From positions 5,350-69,349 of the forward strand of contig CALIBL010000045.1 in assembly GCA_938045805.1 (NCBI GenBank): DNA of 64,000 nucleotides, in the 5' to 3' direction. Shown here piece by piece: positions 40,252 to 49,645 of the stretch. Source of the DNA: an uncultured Rubripirellula sp. (GTDB lineage Bacteria > Planctomycetota > Planctomycetia > Pirellulales > Pirellulaceae). Below the pieces are notes generated by a model. The model was not told the origin of the DNA and did no database searches. It worked only from the letters and a program-made list of their open reading frames with translations. How positions within the stretch are numbered: position 1 is the stretch's first letter; the number at the start of each line of letters is the position of its first letter. The translations under genes and the position numbers were made by a program.

Positions 40252-41433
40252 TCACAACCCAGCTAATTCGCTTGGAAAAAAATCATCATCCAAACCTTCA
40301 ATCCATGCCTCCAACTCGCTGTCGATTTGCTTGGCACACGCTTCATAGACCTCGACAGGCATCCCGACTGGGTCCGATACATCCCCGCCATCACGACGAA
40401 GCGTCTGTACTCGATCCGCCAATTCAGGCCATGCAGCGAGGATCGCAGAGCGATGACCCCTAGTCATCGTGAGAATGACATCGGCAACCTTGATGAGTTC
40501 ATCATCCAACGATTGACTACTGTGTCCCGTCAGATCAAGCCCTCGTTGCCCCATCACCTCCACAGCTTGGCTACTCGCTCCGTATCCGTCACCCGCTGCG
40601 ACGCCGGCTGACAAAACACGCACCAAATCCTCGCGCCCAAACTTTACCCGGAATCGCTCACGCAACAATGTCTCTGCCATGGGGCTGCGACAGGTATTTC
40701 CTGTACAGACCAATACGACCACGGGCTTGATGATTTGATTCATGGCGGCTTCCTCGATCACTCCTTGGTGGCGAATCGCATAATGCTGACTCTCCACGGA
40801 AACGCTCGTCGGTCCACCACCATAACGGGTTGGCCCGTCATCGAGCAGCAGGGGCACCGAATCAATCAAATATTCAGCCGCTTGGTTTGCGTTGGTGATC
40901 GTTTTTCCGTGGCTGTCTCTAAGTCCCAAAAAAAGTAGTGGACCGCGTAAATAACGATGAATCCCTTCGATGACCCTCTGTGACACCACTCGAAATGCGA
41001 CTTGGCCAGACGAACTGGCAACCAAGGAAGAAACCCCTCCGCAGAGGCATCCAGTTAAGGATTTTGAACGATTCGGGGCGACCTCGAGTTGCAACGGGCC
41101 GGGCCAGCAGCGCTGAGCCAACCGACGAACCAACGGTGGCCAATCCACGAGATAATCACCGGCGGCCTGAACGCTGGGCAGGAGGAGGGAACACGGTCCC
41201 ATCAAATAGCCAGCTCGTAGATCCGTTGGAGCATCTGCTGAGAACCCTTCACTTGCTTTCTGATTCAGCTGCGCCATTTTTTCAACGGCTGCTGGATTGA
41301 GGGCATGAGCGACCAGCCCGTAACCTGCTTCGGTGGGAACCGCTACGACTTCACCTTCGGCCAGTGTCTGAATCGTTCGATGGAGATAATCTTGCGGATC
41401 ATCTGTATCACGGAGGTCGAGAATCGTTAGCAT
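40252..41433 (-). CDS. fusion protein: YrdC/Sua5-like domain (degenerate) + low-molecular-weight phosphatase (YwlE-like)
   Basis: N-terminal GEVVAVPTEAGYGLVAHALNPAAVEKM...CWPGPLQLEV indicates a YrdC fold. The C-terminal VVVLVCTGNTCRSPMAE...DVSDPVG is a CX5R(S) P-loop plus DP loop, nearly identical to the B. subtilis YwlE active site. Confidence 0.8.
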   Translation of the reverse strand: MLTILDLRDTDDPQDYLHRTIQTLAEGEVVAVPTEAGYGLVAHALNPAAVEKMAQLNQKASEGFSADAPTDLRAGYLMGPCSLLLPSVQAAGDYLVDWPPLVRRLAQRCWPGPLQLEVAPNRSKSLTGCLCGGVSSLVASSSGQVAFRVVSQRVIEGIHRYLRGPLLFLGLRDSHGKTITNANQAAEYLIDSVPLLLDDGPTRYGGGPTSVSVESQHYAIRHQGVIEEAAMNQIIKPVVVLVCTGNTCRSPMAETLLRERFRVKFGREDLVRVLSAGVAAGDGYGASSQAVEVMGQRGLDLTGHSSQSLDDELIKVADVILTMTRGHRSAILAAWPELADRVQTLRRDGGDVSDPVGMPVEVYEACAKQIDSELEAWIEGLDDDFFPSELAGL

Positions 41434-41526
41434 CTATAGTGACTTTCTCTACCGAACTCGAGTCATTCTCGGCATTTCCACGACGACCGAACCATTCCAG
41501 AGACATCGAACGGGAGGGAAGATATC

Positions 41527-42624
41527 GTGAAAGAACAGCCGATGCAAACGCCCCGCGAACACATCCCAGCCATGAGCCTGAACCGGCGCTCGTTTTTGGC
41601 TGAATGCATCGGCAGCGTTTCCACGTTTTCAAGCGCCATTGGTGGCGGACTCATCACAACCAAATCACTCGCCGCCTCGTCTCTCGCCACCGCTGCCGCG
41701 TTGACCGTCACGAGCGGATGCGTCTCACAAACACCGGCACATGCTCCGGAAAAAGTATGGGGACGGCGAGGATTTAGCCCAGGTCGTTTCCTGAAACCCA
41801 GAGCGATCACGATTGACGATCGCGACCGCCTTTACATCGTTGACACAACCGGGCGTATTCAGGTTTTTGATACTGAAGGAAACTTCTTGAGAACTTGGAA
41901 GACTCCCGAGACTCAAAATGGCCGTCCCACCGGACTCGGATTCTTACCCAATTCGTTCTCTTCGGGCTCCAATGATGGGTCACGGATCTTGGTGGCCGAT
42001 ACGCATTACTATCGGATGCTGTCCTACGCACTTGACGGCGAACTGCAAGATGCTGAAACCATCGGTGGAGTGGCTGGCACGGGGCCCGGAGAGTTTGCTT
42101 TTGTGACCGACATTGCTTGCGACCAACAAGGCAACCGATACATCGGTGAATACAACGCTTCGGATCGAATTCAGAAGTTTGACGCCGATGGACAATTCAT
42201 CTGCCAGTGGGGTGGCACAGGAAGAGAACCGGGCAGCTTTGTGCGGCCTCAAGGCCTCTTGATACGCGATGAAGTTCTGTGGGTGGTCGACTCATGCAAC
42301 CATCGAATTCAACGCTTCGATATTTCAGAAACACCTCCCCGATTGATTGACATATGGGGCGAACCGGGTTCCGACCGCGGACAATTTTATTATCCCTACG
42401 GCCTAGCGATTGCGAGCGATGGCACGGTATTGGTGATCGAATACAAAAACAATCGACTGCAGAGATTGACTCCCGACGGAAAATGGATCGCCTCTTGGGG
42501 TGGCCCGGGCTTCCTGGCAGGTCAGCTGAATCAACCATGGGGACTGGTGGTTGATTCGTTGGATCGCGTCCATCTACTCGACAGCAACAATCATCGGGTG
42601 CAGAGAATTCAGCTACCTGCCTAG
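41527..42624 (+). CDS. NHL-repeat beta-propeller protein with Tat-type signal
   Basis: SLNRRSFLAECIGS signal. About six repeats of the type G.F..P.G.a.d..g.lyV.D..n.RiQ.F. The start is GTG 41527 or ATG 41542. Confidence 0.8.
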   Translation: MKEQPMQTPREHIPAMSLNRRSFLAECIGSVSTFSSAIGGGLITTKSLAASSLATAAALTVTSGCVSQTPAHAPEKVWGRRGFSPGRFLKPRAITIDDRDRLYIVDTTGRIQVFDTEGNFLRTWKTPETQNGRPTGLGFLPNSFSSGSNDGSRILVADTHYYRMLSYALDGELQDAETIGGVAGTGPGEFAFVTDIACDQQGNRYIGEYNASDRIQKFDADGQFICQWGGTGREPGSFVRPQGLLIRDEVLWVVDSCNHRIQRFDISETPPRLIDIWGEPGSDRGQFYYPYGLAIASDGTVLVIEYKNNRLQRLTPDGKWIASWGGPGFLAGQLNQPWGLVVDSLDRVHLLDSNNHRVQRIQLPA

Positions 42625-42839
42625 CATGACTGATGAGCACAAAAAAAACTTTCTTGCGCGGCTGGACCTAACGTGTCAATCGACATGCCAATGATTCTTG
42701 CAGTGGCACGGGCAGGTTTCAGCAAGCCTGCCATTTCTCGCCATCACAACGCTCGTCTCCCGACGGCCTTGGTTTTATCAAAGACCCAGTTTTTTCAAAA
42801 AGCCACAGTCGCCTACAAAAGCCCCAACAGAGAACCCAC

Positions 42840-43082
42840 ATGAACCAAGACCTACGAAAAGCGATGCAATACTCCGACAACTACGTCATCGAGATGGACT
42901 ACGCGGATGCCAAAGGCAACCAAACCCACCGCGTCGTCAGCCCCATTCGATTCATGGGAAGTCGACGTTTTCTGGGGCTCTGCCTGTGCAGAGAGCAACC
43001 CAGACAATTTCAACTTTCTCGTTGCAAGAACCTGCGGCTCATCCCAGCGGATCAGGTATTGATGCCAGTTCCAATGGCGTAA
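42840..43082 (+). CDS. small stand-alone WYL-like domain protein (tentative)
   Basis: 80 aa. VIEMDYADAKGNQTHRVVSPIRFMGSRRFLGLCLCREQPRQFQLSRCKNLRLIP follows the WYL-domain pattern (Y..G....R.V.P......[WYL]......R.F.l.R...). Here the WYL triad reads FLG. Confidence 0.4.
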   Translation: MNQDLRKAMQYSDNYVIEMDYADAKGNQTHRVVSPIRFMGSRRFLGLCLCREQPRQFQLSRCKNLRLIPADQVLMPVPMA

Positions 43083-43246
43083 CAAAGCGGAGTACGGCTT
43101 TCGGCAAGACAACGACGAAAAGCTCGAATCGCTGCTAAGCGAACTTCGAGCCGTTCGTGTACGAGGGCTAAAAAATCCCGACGCGTGATGGGGGCAGCCC
43201 TCGCAAGCCTCCGCCCTACGGAATTTGGTTGATCAAGAGGTGGTGA

Positions 43247-45637
43247 TTAGTCCAATCGCTTCCTCTTGATGGGGGCTGGAAAGTATTGCTGTGAACCTGA
43301 TGATTGGTTTTTACTTTCCAGTTGAGGTTCCGGCGAGTTGTTGCGATTGACTTGGGTTGTCTGTCCGTCAGAAACTTCGCTTTCCATACCAGTCAGTCGC
43401 ACCATCTGATGCGTTGTGGCACCGAGGTCATGCAAGTCCTGATCTTGCACCTCCACGGGCTGCCGAAAACTTTCTAGTTCGAGTTGGTCAGCAGCCTGCC
43501 GCAAGATCGCTTGATCGGTTTCGAGTTCGCGGCCAATCCCCACTTGTGGCTCGGCCCCCACTTGTGGCTCGGCTTCGCCAGATGGATCAAGCTCCGAATC
43601 CCAATCCAACGTGCCTGCTTGGTCCAAGGGCCCTTGGCGAACCGCATCGGGCCGCATCGAACCGCTGCGTTTGAGCTTCCCAGAACTCCGCTCACGTGCT
43701 CGCTCCAATGCATCCCAGTACGCCTTTTCGTTCCAAGGCCCCTCGGTGAGCGTGATGCTATTATTTGGCAACAACGTTCCTTTGAGGTAGTCGACATAGT
43801 TGAGCGATTTGTTGTACTCACCCAGTGCTCGATAATAAGAAATCTGAGCATCTGCTCGACGCAGTTGACTCTGCAGCACCACGTTGACTGGGCTACGTCC
43901 ACCCTTGAATTCGGCCAAGCGAGCTTCAACTTCCTGCTCGGCAGCTTGCCATCGCATCGCGTGCGTTTGAACAAGCTGGTAATGCGTTGCTGATTTCGCA
44001 ACCGCATCGCTCAGTTGACTCACCATCAATCGCTCCGCGTCTTGCAAGAAGGCTCGCGACTGGTGCAACCTTAGCTGTGCACCCCGAACCCGTGCTCGCT
44101 CGCGTCGACTACCGATTGCAGGCGGTGTAATCTCGAGGCGTACCGCCCCTTCTTGGAAACCACCGCCTGTTAACTCGGCCAAAGCGCTGGTTCCTGCAAA
44201 CGATTCACCAATATCCACACTTCTTCGTCCGGGCGGCCCGAACGTGTCACCAACCCCCACCCATCGATAGAGAAGAGACAAATTAACTTCGGGAAGTAAC
44301 TGGTTTTTCGCAGAAACCTGCTCCAGTTCACGCTGCTTGATGACCGTGCGTCCCTTTCGGAGTTCAGGACTCAGGTAAAGCATTTGTGCAACAGATTCCT
44401 CCCAGTCATACTCCAACCTCGCAAGGGATGGTTCCTCGATAGGCCGAATCAAACGACCGTCGGTTGCTGCGATTCCCAGCAGTTCTCGTAAAGCACGCTC
44501 GCTCCCGTAAACACCTCGACGCTCATCGGTCGGTAGATTTGATCCCGCAAGAGATGCCGACAACCTCGCTCGAAAGTTGTAGTACTGTTCTTCAGCTTGA
44601 GCTAACTCCTGCTTCGTACCAATCCCCTTGTCGAAATTGAACTTGGCAAACTTCGCGGTTGCGATAGCGCTGTTACGACCGATTACCGCTGTGGAAACAT
44701 TTCGGTAGGCGACGTAAAGGTTCCAGTATGCGACCTCGACATCTCGCACAAGGTTGCGCACCTGGATCTCAAAATCTGCAATCGAAAGATCCTCGTTCAA
44801 ACTGGCGAGAACGACTGGGATTCGGTTGACCAAAGCACCGCGATTCCGCATCAGTGGATGCTGAACCTGAGCCTCAAGAATTGCAGTCCAATCACTCGGA
44901 ACCTGACGGTTAACCGATGACAGATCGTTGACTGTTGGCTGGTTGTTCCGAGAGTAAATCAGTTGCTGCCGAAGTGTTGCAACGCCTCCGGTTGCAATCC
45001 TTTTACTGATCGTGGCCTGCTGAGTGGTATCGAGGCCTTGACTAAGTGGATTGCTCAGATTGAACCCAGTTCCCGAGTTTCGCGCCCGATCGGTGCTTCG
45101 GGTATCGACAAAGGCACTGACCTGAGCATCGAACTCAGCGAGCGCATCTTCGACACCCCCAATTTGGTTCGCTCGAAAGACACCTCGCGGCAAAACACGA
45201 TTCCCATTGCCATCGACGGCAAGTGCGTTTGACTGCGTGGTGGATTGCTGAATCGCAACGTCATAGATGCTGCCTACTTGCTCAACGCTGGCGCTAGTGA
45301 ATTGTGCGGCGACGTTATCTCGAAATTCCGCGTTACCTCCTGTGGTCACAAAAAACTTTGCATTTTGTAACGCGATGGAAACACATTCTTCGACGCTCAA
45401 ATCCCAAAATTGATAGTCATGGTTGCCCATGGTTAGGGGAGCTGAAGAATCAGTGGTCTCCGCAAGACTCTCCGTCTCGACGTCCGGGTATTCGACTTGG
45501 GTCGCGGCTTTGAGATAGTACTGCAGATCGGCAGGTTCATTCAAAAAGTAAGGCTGCATCGGTGCGCATCCGGTCGCCAGAAAAATGGCTAGACCAAGCT
45601 GAAGAAAAGCTGTAATGCGAAACAGCGAGCGAGACAT
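43247..45637 (-). CDS. TolC-family outer membrane efflux lipoprotein with long acidic C-terminal tail
   Basis: The likely start is ATG 45637 (MSRSLFRITAFLQLGLAIFLATGC, with a lipobox). Two OEP-type repeats carry long coiled helices. The last ~170 aa are hydrophilic and acidic. Confidence 0.8.
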   Translation of the reverse strand: MSRSLFRITAFLQLGLAIFLATGCAPMQPYFLNEPADLQYYLKAATQVEYPDVETESLAETTDSSAPLTMGNHDYQFWDLSVEECVSIALQNAKFFVTTGGNAEFRDNVAAQFTSASVEQVGSIYDVAIQQSTTQSNALAVDGNGNRVLPRGVFRANQIGGVEDALAEFDAQVSAFVDTRSTDRARNSGTGFNLSNPLSQGLDTTQQATISKRIATGGVATLRQQLIYSRNNQPTVNDLSSVNRQVPSDWTAILEAQVQHPLMRNRGALVNRIPVVLASLNEDLSIADFEIQVRNLVRDVEVAYWNLYVAYRNVSTAVIGRNSAIATAKFAKFNFDKGIGTKQELAQAEEQYYNFRARLSASLAGSNLPTDERRGVYGSERALRELLGIAATDGRLIRPIEEPSLARLEYDWEESVAQMLYLSPELRKGRTVIKQRELEQVSAKNQLLPEVNLSLLYRWVGVGDTFGPPGRRSVDIGESFAGTSALAELTGGGFQEGAVRLEITPPAIGSRRERARVRGAQLRLHQSRAFLQDAERLMVSQLSDAVAKSATHYQLVQTHAMRWQAAEQEVEARLAEFKGGRSPVNVVLQSQLRRADAQISYYRALGEYNKSLNYVDYLKGTLLPNNSITLTEGPWNEKAYWDALERARERSSGKLKRSGSMRPDAVRQGPLDQAGTLDWDSELDPSGEAEPQVGAEPQVGIGRELETDQAILRQAADQLELESFRQPVEVQDQDLHDLGATTHQMVRLTGMESEVSDGQTTQVNRNNSPEPQLESKNQSSGSQQYFPAPIKRKRLD
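43541..43576. repeat. 18-bp tandem duplication inside the TolC-like gene tail
   Basis: CACTTGTGGCTCGGC occurs twice with an 18-nt period and encodes GAEPQV GAEPQV on the minus strand. Confidence 0.8.
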
Positions 45638-45926
45638 ACTATCGTGGCTTCCGGGGTCGGGTGAACATCGCGCACGACAATCATCTGCCGGGTACGGATG
45701 CTTTGGGTCGATTGTGGAAGCCCCCCACGATGCGATTCCAATGAGCAGAAAGTCTCCTGCGTCACGAATCGAATTCGCCCGGAAGTAGGTATCGGACTGG
45801 CGATTGTTAAACTTTGACGGTTCGGTAAAAAAAACCATCAAAAATGATTTCGGGGTCACCAACCCCTCGGAACGTCAGTTCAGAAGTCGAAATCAAAAAC
45901 GTGAGCAACTCACCGCTGAACGAACC

Positions 45927-46370
45927 TCATTCCGCGTTCGGGTTTGCTAGCTTTTTCTCTTCCATGCGAATCGCTTTGCGCAGATCATCGCTTGGAATCG
46001 GCTCGATGGCATTCGCGTTGCTCACGGTCTCAGGACGGGGCCCCATCGGTAGGCCTTCCCATGGCTTGTTGTAGAAGTAATGTTTCTCCAAACGGCCGCG
46101 GTCGAGCTTGTATGCCTGCTGGTGACTCGCTTCGTGCCAAGCCATCGCTTCGCGACTTGTGGGCGCTAGCTGATAAGACAACCAACCGATTCTCCGTGCG
46201 GGTCGGTTGTAAAGTCTCGCGTAACCCGGATCCATTCGCACACCAAGCGGGGGAATCAGATCAATTCTTGGCCAAACCCTTCGATTTTCGTGATCAGGCT
46301 GATGCGCTGAAAGATCGAGGGATAAACCGATGAGCAGTGCGAAACATGTGAGCAAACGCATGAAAACCAC
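45927..46370 (-). CDS. hypothetical secreted protein
   Basis: Signal peptide MRLLTCFALLIGLSLDLSA. No family recognised. Confidence 0.45.
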   Translation of the reverse strand: MVFMRLLTCFALLIGLSLDLSAHQPDHENRRVWPRIDLIPPLGVRMDPGYARLYNRPARRIGWLSYQLAPTSREAMAWHEASHQQAYKLDRGRLEKHYFYNKPWEGLPMGPRPETVSNANAIEPIPSDDLRKAIRMEEKKLANPNAE

Positions 46371-46730
46371 CGAATCTCGGGGGAGAAAGAACTAACAATT
46401 TGAAGTATTGAGTGTTAAATCAATGAAACGTTTTAGTCTTCGTCTGCAAGTCTTGATCACCGTGACAACATCTCGTTCTGTTCCAAATGCCCCAAATCGG
46501 CTGACCCTACCGTTTATGGGCAACTCTACCACCTGAAACGATTTTTGCGACGAAGCCACAACAGAAGGCTGGTATGACAAGTCACAAGGAGAGCGGAGTC
46601 ATGGTGGCAAGTGTCATGTGAAGCCTAAAAGACTCTACAACGTGGATCGGATGTGCGGTCTAATGTCATTACAGGCCCCAATCACAAATCAACACCCTCA
46701 ACACTCGATCCACAACCGATCGCTATCTTC

Positions 46731-47459
46731 ATGGAAGGCACCACCGAACCGATTCTCGTTGTCATCGGGGACCCGATTGCAGGCAACCCCGCCCAGTTTG
46801 CTCTTGAGCGTTCGCTTAGGGCCATGGAACTTGACTGGAGAGTTCTATCATTCGATGTCACCCCCGAGAATGTTGCAGCAGCCATCGAAGGCTTTGCAGT
46901 GACTGGGATTGTGGGGGTCATGATTGCGCGAGAACTGTCAGCAAGTGCCGGATCTTGGAATACTCACAAGAATAAAATTGAAACCCAATCGGTGGACTGC
47001 CTCTGGCGCAATGATACGGGTCACTTTTCTGCGGCGGATCAGCTACTTGATTGGCTGCAAACGCAGATCCAAAAATTTCAGCATGGAAAACAGCTTTGGG
47101 TGGGTAATCAGGAGGCGACCGTCCCATTGGAACCGGAGCAGTTTGAGCGATTCGCCCTTGATCATTCGGGGCTAGCAGACGAAATCGTAAAAGCATCGGT
47201 GATCGCCCTCTCAGCGGACGATTCGACAGAAGCAGACTTCGACAAAGAGGAATGGCCTGAGAACACCGGTGAAACATTGGTGATCGACCTAGGCGCTGCA
47301 TACAGCCTCGTCAGCCATCTGCGTCAACAGGGATACTTGGTGATCGGCGAAGACGAGTTTCGAGTCGGAGCACTCCAGCACTGCATTCTACAGTGGACGG
47401 GAAAAACCCCCTCCGATGATGTCGTGATTGACGCGATCGAGGAATACCTGAGCGTTTGA
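46731..47459 (+). CDS. shikimate dehydrogenase (AroE)-like protein with non-canonical active-site residues
   Basis: VVIGDPIAGNPAQFALERSLRAMELDWRVLSFDVTPENVAAAIEGFAVTGIVGVMI parallels the Shikimate_dh_N pattern (GxPIxHSxSPxxHN...GxNVTxPxK). The SxS and Lys positions are substituted. The start is ATG 46731 or 46653. Confidence 0.45.
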   Translation: MEGTTEPILVVIGDPIAGNPAQFALERSLRAMELDWRVLSFDVTPENVAAAIEGFAVTGIVGVMIARELSASAGSWNTHKNKIETQSVDCLWRNDTGHFSAADQLLDWLQTQIQKFQHGKQLWVGNQEATVPLEPEQFERFALDHSGLADEIVKASVIALSADDSTEADFDKEEWPENTGETLVIDLGAAYSLVSHLRQQGYLVIGEDEFRVGALQHCILQWTGKTPSDDVVIDAIEEYLSV

Positions 47460-47518
47460 CGCAAGAAACAAACCAGCAAGACACATGCAAGCCTGCAGAT
47501 CAATTAGCAAAATAACCC

Positions 47519-48262
47519 ATGGCGAAACGCACCACGAACCTTCACCGCAAATTGATCGCAGCCGCGCAGAGCTTGCGTGATCAAACCTCCGAATTGACTT
47601 TCGCTGAGCCAGTGACCCACGTTTACAATCCACTTGTCTACGCGTGGGACGCTCACACCGCCTACCTTGAAAGTGCTAACCCAAACGGTATCACGACCCT
47701 TTTCATGGGGATGAACCCGGGTCCGTGGGGGATGGCTCAGACGGGTGTGCCCTTTGGCGAGATTGATGCGGTGAAAACTTGGCTTGGGATCGACAAAAAC
47801 GTTGGAAAGCCTCCAACCGAACACCCCAAGCGATTGATTGAAGGTTTTAAGTGCAGCCGAAGTGAAGTTAGCGGACGTCGACTTTGGGGGCTGTTCCGTG
47901 ATCGGTTTGGTGAATCAGACCATTTTTTTCAGTCACACTTTGTCACCAACTTCTGCCCACTGGTGTTCATGGAGGCTTCGGCTCGCAATCGCACACCAGA
48001 CAAGCTTCCCAAGGAAGAACGCTTGTTGCTGGATCGCATTTGCCTTGAGCACCTAACCAAGGTGATCGAGATCCTCAAACCGGAGTTCTTAGTTGGGGTG
48101 GGCGCCTATGCAGAGAAGCAATTCCAAGAGGCCACTTCCGCCATGGAAACAACAATCACCACAACGAGGATCCTTCATCCAAGCCCTGCTTCGCCGGCAG
48201 CAAATCGGGATTGGCAAGGCACGGCCACCAAGCAATTAGTCGAAGCTGGTATTTGGTCGTAG
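47519..48262 (+). CDS. uracil-DNA glycosylase, family 3 (SMUG1-like)
   Basis: GMNPGPWGMAQTGVPFG (SMUG1 motif 1) and HPSPASP (motif 2). Confidence 0.85.
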   Translation: MAKRTTNLHRKLIAAAQSLRDQTSELTFAEPVTHVYNPLVYAWDAHTAYLESANPNGITTLFMGMNPGPWGMAQTGVPFGEIDAVKTWLGIDKNVGKPPTEHPKRLIEGFKCSRSEVSGRRLWGLFRDRFGESDHFFQSHFVTNFCPLVFMEASARNRTPDKLPKEERLLLDRICLEHLTKVIEILKPEFLVGVGAYAEKQFQEATSAMETTITTTRILHPSPASPAANRDWQGTATKQLVEAGIWS

Positions 48263-48289
48263 CCCCAATCAGACTCAACCACGACGACA

Positions 48290-49645
48290 ATGGCTTCTCC
48301 CACCCGAAGACACCTGTCCAACGAGGAATCCCATGAGCCACCAAAACGAACGATGACCCCTGAATCCTTTCAACTACTCTACAAGCTCATCCGAGGCAAT
48401 AAGTGCGCCGCCAAGGTCATCGAGGCGCAAAACTTAGCCGCGGAAAATGACTTTCTGGGTTCACTTGAAAATTTGCAGGAAGCTCGGCAATCCTATGCTG
48501 AGCATTATTCGCGATCTCTAAAGCAACCCGAACTGGCCGTTCCCGGCGAAGGGGTTTCAAAGAAGGACGAAAAGAAGCGAAAGAAGCTGGAAAAAATCGA
48601 ACAGGCGATGTCCAAATTTGATCAACTCATTTTGCAGATAGATCGTCGAGCTAAACGAACTGGTGCCTCACAAGGTGAGGCATCTTCTTCGGCAAGTCCA
48701 TCACGTGCCCCCGGCTCAACATCAAACGAGCCGATCAGCGGGAATCCTGTCGAGCTCAAAGCGACCGAATCTGGCAACTCGCGAGAGCTAATTGAACGAG
48801 TTCGTGAATTTTACAAATCGCTAACAACGCCCGCCAACCTCGAACTTACTCCGGAGCAACTCGCCACCAAATTTCGGCTTCGGAAAGTAGAAAGCTTCGA
48901 ACATCTTCGCGTTGGGAACATTCTGTATCTCCAAACCCAACAAGCGAATGTTTTAACGCAAATCAAAATGATCGATCCCCTGCCATCCACAAGCGAGTCC
49001 ACAACGCATCTGATCAGCGTCCTCGATGAACGCCCAATCAAACCGGTGACCCTCGGGGGACTGCTTCAATTGGCTTCACAACGCACCTGCTATTTCCTGG
49101 CTGATCCTGATACCCACCAATCAAGCACCACTGGATCGAACACCAATGAGTTGACTCAGGGCACGACGGAAACGACCCCAGCTGCAGAGTCAGAGATAAC
49201 GACCGGAGAATCGAGCGGTGAGGAGCAGTCAACGCAAAACCCCTCAGTCGACCATCAAAACATTCTGGATCTTGGCTCTTTCAGCCAATTGTTGACCTCG
49301 GCTCAGCGGTGCGGACTGGTTCCCAACGCGGACCAAATCGGATACGTGCGAGACAAAGAATTCAGGCAGGGAAAATACGATAAAGCCTTCCAGTCAATTG
49401 ACATGATGCACAATCGTTTTCTGGCGAGTGCCGGACAACGACTTGCGCGACTCAACCGCGAGGATGTGGATATCGCTGCCGGCCGAATCAAAATCTCGCC
49501 TAGGGAACTTCAAGCCAAGCGATCAAGGGATCGTTTACAGACCCAAGAAGTTGATCGCGCAAAACGACGTTTTCAGGTTGTCCTAGAAGGTTTACGCATT
49601 CTGATGAACCACGATCTGGAATCTCGTCGTGACACAGATAGCTAG
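48290..49645 (+). CDS. hypothetical protein (partly low-complexity)
   Basis: 451-aa ORF with a Lys-rich coiled segment and Ser/Thr-rich linkers. No family recognised. Confidence 0.5.
   Translation: MASPTRRHLSNEESHEPPKRTMTPESFQLLYKLIRGNKCAAKVIEAQNLAAENDFLGSLENLQEARQSYAEHYSRSLKQPELAVPGEGVSKKDEKKRKKLEKIEQAMSKFDQLILQIDRRAKRTGASQGEASSSASPSRAPGSTSNEPISGNPVELKATESGNSRELIERVREFYKSLTTPANLELTPEQLATKFRLRKVESFEHLRVGNILYLQTQQANVLTQIKMIDPLPSTSESTTHLISVLDERPIKPVTLGGLLQLASQRTCYFLADPDTHQSSTTGSNTNELTQGTTETTPAAESEITTGESSGEEQSTQNPSVDHQNILDLGSFSQLLTSAQRCGLVPNADQIGYVRDKEFRQGKYDKAFQSIDMMHNRFLASAGQRLARLNREDVDIAAGRIKISPRELQAKRSRDRLQTQEVDRAKRRFQVVLEGLRILMNHDLESRRDTDS

Noticed and set aside
41463-41810. Minus-strand 115-aa ORF and other short ORFs around the divergent region between the YrdC-phosphatase fusion and the NHL gene
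   Set aside because: It overlaps the N-terminal signal region of the NHL protein in antisense. No motifs.
42698-43138. 146-aa plus-strand ORF overlapping the WYL-like ORF in another frame
   Set aside because: Pro/Arg/Ser/Thr/Gln-rich low-complexity translation without motifs. The 80-aa frame has a domain-like pattern, though neither frame is proven.
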